NCBI GenBank assembly: GCA_050943775.1
Contig: JBMNPV010000002.1
Span: 1,132-65,131, forward strand
Direction of reading: 5' to 3'
DNA from: Oscillospiraceae bacterium
GTDB taxonomy: Bacteria > Bacillota > Clostridia > Oscillospirales > Oscillospiraceae
DNA: 64,000 nt
A program made the position numbers and the translations under genes. Below, one piece after another: positions 60,959-64,000 of this stretch; position 1 is the stretch's first letter, and each line of letters begins with the position of its first letter. The notes under the pieces are model-generated. The model worked only from the letters and a program-made list of their open reading frames with translations, had not been told where the DNA came from and searched no databases.

Positions 60959-62437
60959 TTATAAAATAATGCAGATCAGGTTGCCTCTCCCCTCGTTTAC
61001 AATGCGCTGCATCGCATTTTGCAGCTTTCGCTGCATGGACGGCGGCATTCGCGTAAGCTTCGCCGTCAGCCCCTCTTCCGCGATATCATACATGGATTTG
61101 CCGAAGATGTTTGACTCCCAGATTTTTGTTGCCTCGCCCTCAAAATTTTGCAGCAGGAAGCCTAAAATTTCCTCCGAGGCATTCTCTCCGCCGACAGCGG
61201 GCGAGACTTCCGTTTCGACATCTGTACGCAGCATATGAATTGCCGGCGCGCTTGCGCGCAAAACGACTTTATAGCGTCCACCCGCGCGAACGATCTCCGG
61301 TTCCTGCAAAACCATCTCATCCGACGCAGGCATCACGACGCCATAGCCCTTTTCGCGTACGTCGGAGAGGGCCGTCGCGACCTTGTCATATTCGCGCTTG
61401 ATCTGCGCAAGTGAGGTCAAAAGCGAAATGAGTTCTCCGTCGCTTGTGATCTCCAGTCCGCTCTCCTCGCTGATCGTCCGGTAGTAAAGTTCCCGCGGCA
61501 TCTCAATGCGTACGGCGAAGCTGCCGCTGCCCATTTGAATGTCCGTCAGCCGCGCGGCGCTCACATCTTCGATCTCGCTCAGACGCGCGGCAAGCTTCTC
61601 CGCGTCGCGCAGCTTCTGAACGCTTGCCGAAGCATTCAAAATTTCGCTGTACAGCGCCGTTTTGATCGCATGGTCGTCCGCGAGCGCCTCGACCCACTCC
61701 GGCAGCCAAACGGCATACTCCTCGGCCGAGAATTCGCCGAGCAGCGTACGCATCAGCTTTGTCACATCGTCTTCGCGCAGTGTGAGACAGTTTGCGCAGA
61801 CGCAGGCAACACCATACTTCTCCGTCAGTTCCCGGCTGAGTGCCTGTGCCGCGTCCCCGTTCGGCTCGTTCGAGTTGAGCAAAATGAGAAAGGGTTTTCC
61901 AATTTCCCGAAGCTCAGCGACCGCCTTTTCCTCCGCCGCGACGTAGCTCTCGCGCGGGATGCCGCAGATCGTGCCATCTGTCGTTACGACAAGACCGATC
62001 GTACTGTGGTCGCGGATGACGCGCTTTGTTCCCTCCTCGGCCGCCTCGGAAAGACTGATCTCATGGTCGAACCACGGTGTCGCGACCATGCGTTCGTTTC
62101 CGTCCTCATCGGCTCCCGCCGCGCCGGGGATCATGTAACCGACGCAGTCAATGAGCCGGACGGAAATGTTGCTCCCCTCCCCGACCGCAATGTTGACCGC
62201 GTCCTCCGGCACAAATTTCGGCTCTGCCGTCATCACCGTTTTTCCAGAGCCGGACTGCGGCAGCTCGTCGCGAGCGCGTTCCTTTACATATACGTTGTCG
62301 ATGTTCGGGATGACCATGGTTTCCATGAAGCGCTTGATAAATGTCGATTTTCCTGTCCGGACCGGGCCGACGACACCAACGTAGATGTCTCCGCCGGTGC
62401 GCAGGGCGATGTCCTCATAAATACTGCTGTCCGTCAT
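60959..62437 (-). CDS. spoIVA: stage IV sporulation protein A (spore coat morphogenetic ATPase)
   Basis: Start placed at MTDSSIYEDIALRTGGDIYVGVVGPVRTGKSTFIKRF (ATG 62437) after GGGGGG. The Walker A and the overall sequence are typical of SpoIVA. The ORF-track start 62527 is too long. Confidence 0.95.
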   Translation of the reverse strand: MTDSSIYEDIALRTGGDIYVGVVGPVRTGKSTFIKRFMETMVIPNIDNVYVKERARDELPQSGSGKTVMTAEPKFVPEDAVNIAVGEGSNISVRLIDCVGYMIPGAAGADEDGNERMVATPWFDHEISLSEAAEEGTKRVIRDHSTIGLVVTTDGTICGIPRESYVAAEEKAVAELREIGKPFLILLNSNEPNGDAAQALSRELTEKYGVACVCANCLTLREDDVTKLMRTLLGEFSAEEYAVWLPEWVEALADDHAIKTALYSEILNASASVQKLRDAEKLAARLSEIEDVSAARLTDIQMGSGSFAVRIEMPRELYYRTISEESGLEITSDGELISLLTSLAQIKREYDKVATALSDVREKGYGVVMPASDEMVLQEPEIVRAGGRYKVVLRASAPAIHMLRTDVETEVSPAVGGENASEEILGFLLQNFEGEATKIWESNIFGKSMYDIAEEGLTAKLTRMPPSMQRKLQNAMQRIVNEGRGNLICIIL

Positions 62438-62722
62438 GTTGATCCCCCCATTAGTTTGGCTTGTAAACTCTATTGACAGTAAATCGTATTTATGCCGGAC
62501 GAAAAAACTTTTCCATCGATTACACACATGTAAAAATTACAAAACAGCGTTTCGCATAAGCGCGTTTTCGTAGGTAAAGATACTATCGGACGCAGAAACG
62601 TCCAAAGCGGTCGAAAAACGGCGCTTGTCAACGCGAAGTGAAGCAACGTTCAAAATAACGCGAAACGGCAGCTCCGTTTATCGGCCGCAGAGAGAGAAAC
62701 GAATGTAAAGGAGTTGAAAGGA

Positions 62723-62923
62723 ATGTCTAACAACAACAGCAACCAGCTTCTCAACCCGAACGCACGCGAAGCAATGGATCGTTTCAAGATGGAGTGTGCT
62801 CAGGAAGTCGGAACGACTTTGAAGCCTGGCTACAACGGTGACATCACCGCTCGTCAGGCCGGCAGCATCGGTGGCCAGATGGTCAAAAAGATGATCCAGG
62901 CCTACGAAAACGGCATGAAGTAA
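62723..62923 (+). CDS. small acid-soluble spore protein, alpha/beta type
   Basis: MSNNNSNQLLNPNAREAMDRFKMECAQEVG...GDITARQAGSIGGQMVKKMI, the two conserved SASP blocks. ATG 62723 is 8 nt after AAAGGAG. Confidence 0.95.
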   Translation: MSNNNSNQLLNPNAREAMDRFKMECAQEVGTTLKPGYNGDITARQAGSIGGQMVKKMIQAYENGMK

Positions 62924-62937
62924 AGGTCCGGCAAATG

Positions 62938-62964
62938 AGGGAGGAGCTTTGGCTCCTCCCTTTT
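62938..62964 (+). terminator. intrinsic terminator after the SASP gene
   Basis: agggaggagc-tttg-gctcctccct followed by TTT. Confidence 0.85.
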
Positions 62965-63212
62965 CGCGTATCCGTACTGATCCGGCAGCGGTGCCCCGCT
63001 TTGAATCCGCGGCAGGTCGCGTTTTTCGTTTCTTTCAGAAGCGGAAAGACGATCTTCTTTTTTTACTTATATGAAATTGCTCCAATTTATGCATGTGCAA
63101 ATTGGCGCAGACGGCGAAAATTGTTGAAATAGGGGGTATTTTGATTGCATTCTAATGGAAAATATATATAATGACAGTGGATAGATTTGAAAATACAAAG
63201 GGGCGTATGCAA

Positions 63213-64000
63213 ATGAAAAAAATCTTCGACAAGATTCCCATTGCAAAGAAATTCAGGGTCTTGTATATCGCGATTGCCATAGCGGTTCTCCTTGCTTCCG
63301 GCGTTTATGTTGTTCTTTTGCTCAATGCGCAGAGCGTTCTGACCTCTTTCTTCAACGGTCCGTTTGCCACGGTCAAGGCGCAGTTGACCGTCTCCGACCT
63401 CCTCAACACAAATTATACGCTTACGATCAGCATGGCGGTCGACCCCAGTATTGCCGCCTCAAATAAGAGCAAGATCGACGAAGCAGACAAAACTCTGGCC
63501 GAACAGCTCGACATGATCGCGGCGAACTCCGACGCCGAAGAGGCATCTGCTCTCAAGTCCTTGTATGGCCGGGTCCAGGCCGACGCTTCCCAGATCTATA
63601 CGCTCTCCAGCACGGGCAAGACCGACGAGGCCCAGCTTTTCTGCACCAAGTTCACGGAGGATCATGACGCCTTTTACAGCGCACTGAGCAAGGTCAGCCA
63701 GAGTTCGATCACCGCGGCAGACACCACCCAGCGCGCTTATTCAAGCAAGTCAAGAATTGCTTTGCTTGCATTTGCAGCCCTTGCTCTGATTGCTATGATC
63801 ATCACAGCGTTCATTATGCGCACCATGTCCGTCGGCATTCTCAAGCCTCTTGGTCAAATCGTCAATGCCTGTGATACCATGTCCCGCGGCGAACCAATCG
63901 AGCCGCTGGACATCAAGACGCAGGACGAATTCCATAAATTGGCGCAATCTTTTAACCAGATGAATGACGATATTTCCTTCATCATCAGCGATGTCTGCAA
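63213..64000 (+). CDS. methyl-accepting chemotaxis protein, N-terminal part (continues beyond the window end)
   Basis: Absent from the ORF track because no stop lies in the window. My translation reads MKKIFDKIPIAKKFRVLYIAIAIAVLLASGVYVV..., a four-helix-bundle-type sensor. A second TM follows (IALLAFAALALIAMIITAFIM), then a HAMP-like region (ILKPLGQIVNACDTMSRGEP...FHKLAQSFNQMNDDI). ATG is 9 nt after AAAGGGG. Confidence 0.8.
   Translation, partial: MKKIFDKIPIAKKFRVLYIAIAIAVLLASGVYVVLLLNAQSVLTSFFNGPFATVKAQLTVSDLLNTNYTLTISMAVDPSIAASNKSKIDEADKTLAEQLDMIAANSDAEEASALKSLYGRVQADASQIYTLSSTGKTDEAQLFCTKFTEDHDAFYSALSKVSQSSITAADTTQRAYSSKSRIALLAFAALALIAMIITAFIMRTMSVGILKPLGQIVNACDTMSRGEPIEPLDIKTQDEFHKLAQSFNQMNDDISFIISDVC

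Noticed and set aside
60823-62722. Sigma-E-like (spoIIID and spoIVA upstream) and sigma-G-like (SASP upstream, GCATA..GATACTA near 62552..62587) promoter matches
   Set aside because: These are only partial matches with uncertain spacing relative to the Bacillus consensus as I recall it. I cannot support specific calls from sequence alone.
62965-63212. Possible c-di-GMP or other riboswitch upstream of the chemoreceptor gene
   Set aside because: I found no GEMM-like conserved segments. The region is explained by weak terminator-like hairpins after the SASP gene and a TTGCAT-N16-TATAAT promoter.

Overview
This looks like a chromosomal segment of a GC-rich, endospore-forming Firmicute, probably a Clostridia-type organism. 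Supporting evidence: spoIIID, spoIVA, an alpha/beta-type SASP, an SLH wall protein, Gram-positive lipoprotein boxes, a pyrR-pyrP attenuator operon, and AT-rich intergenic regions with near-consensus sigma-70 promoters.

I can support about 50 protein genes, 3 tRNAs (Met-Glu-Val), RNase P RNA, and many intrinsic terminators and promoters. In window order:
- cysK (partial) and metY; citrate synthase; a HAD phosphatase; the tRNA operon
- an rbs-like sugar ABC transporter; an ALDH3-type aldehyde dehydrogenase; a split transketolase plus a D-2-hydroxyacid dehydrogenase
- a sigma-54 enhancer-binding protein, an orphan hypB and a 2-enoate reductase
- a PAS-GGDEF cyclase; DUF523; a PaaI thioesterase; livJHMGF
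- an ABC-2-type exporter pair; oppABCDF; a TetR regulator plus an unknown Trp-rich membrane protein; pyrR-pyrP
- an SLH protein / CPBP protease / NatAB-like ABC operon; a hypothetical gene followed by secDF
- a REC / degenerate-GGDEF / EAL / PAS / REC protein; an orphan ZnuA-like binding protein; gdhA; a GNAT; a ferredoxin; a lysine-rich membrane protein
- a methionine-synthase operon (separate activation-domain protein, truncated metH, yitJ-like fusion); rnpB; spoIIID; spoIVA; a SASP gene; a partial MCP

I see no transposase, integrase, CRISPR array, phage genes or recognisable defence or toxin-antitoxin genes. I cannot point to a clearly novel multi-gene system.

The most unusual signals are organisational or non-coding:
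1. The metY leader lacks S-box and T-box cores but has a 15-nt SD-sequestering helix. A 20-codon Met/Cys-containing ORF with a perfect SD also lies between metY and cysK.
2. The EBP-hypB-enoate reductase cluster has no canonical -24/-12 promoter in the window, and a terminator hairpin sits directly in front of the reductase.
3. The SLH-CPBP-ABC-2 operon has abutting stop and start codons.
4. The TetR regulator is paired with an uncharacterised polytopic membrane protein.
5. A 725-nt AT-rich intergenic region is packed with perfect palindromes.

All coordinates for RNA and regulatory elements come from reading the sequence by eye and are approximate to a few nucleotides.
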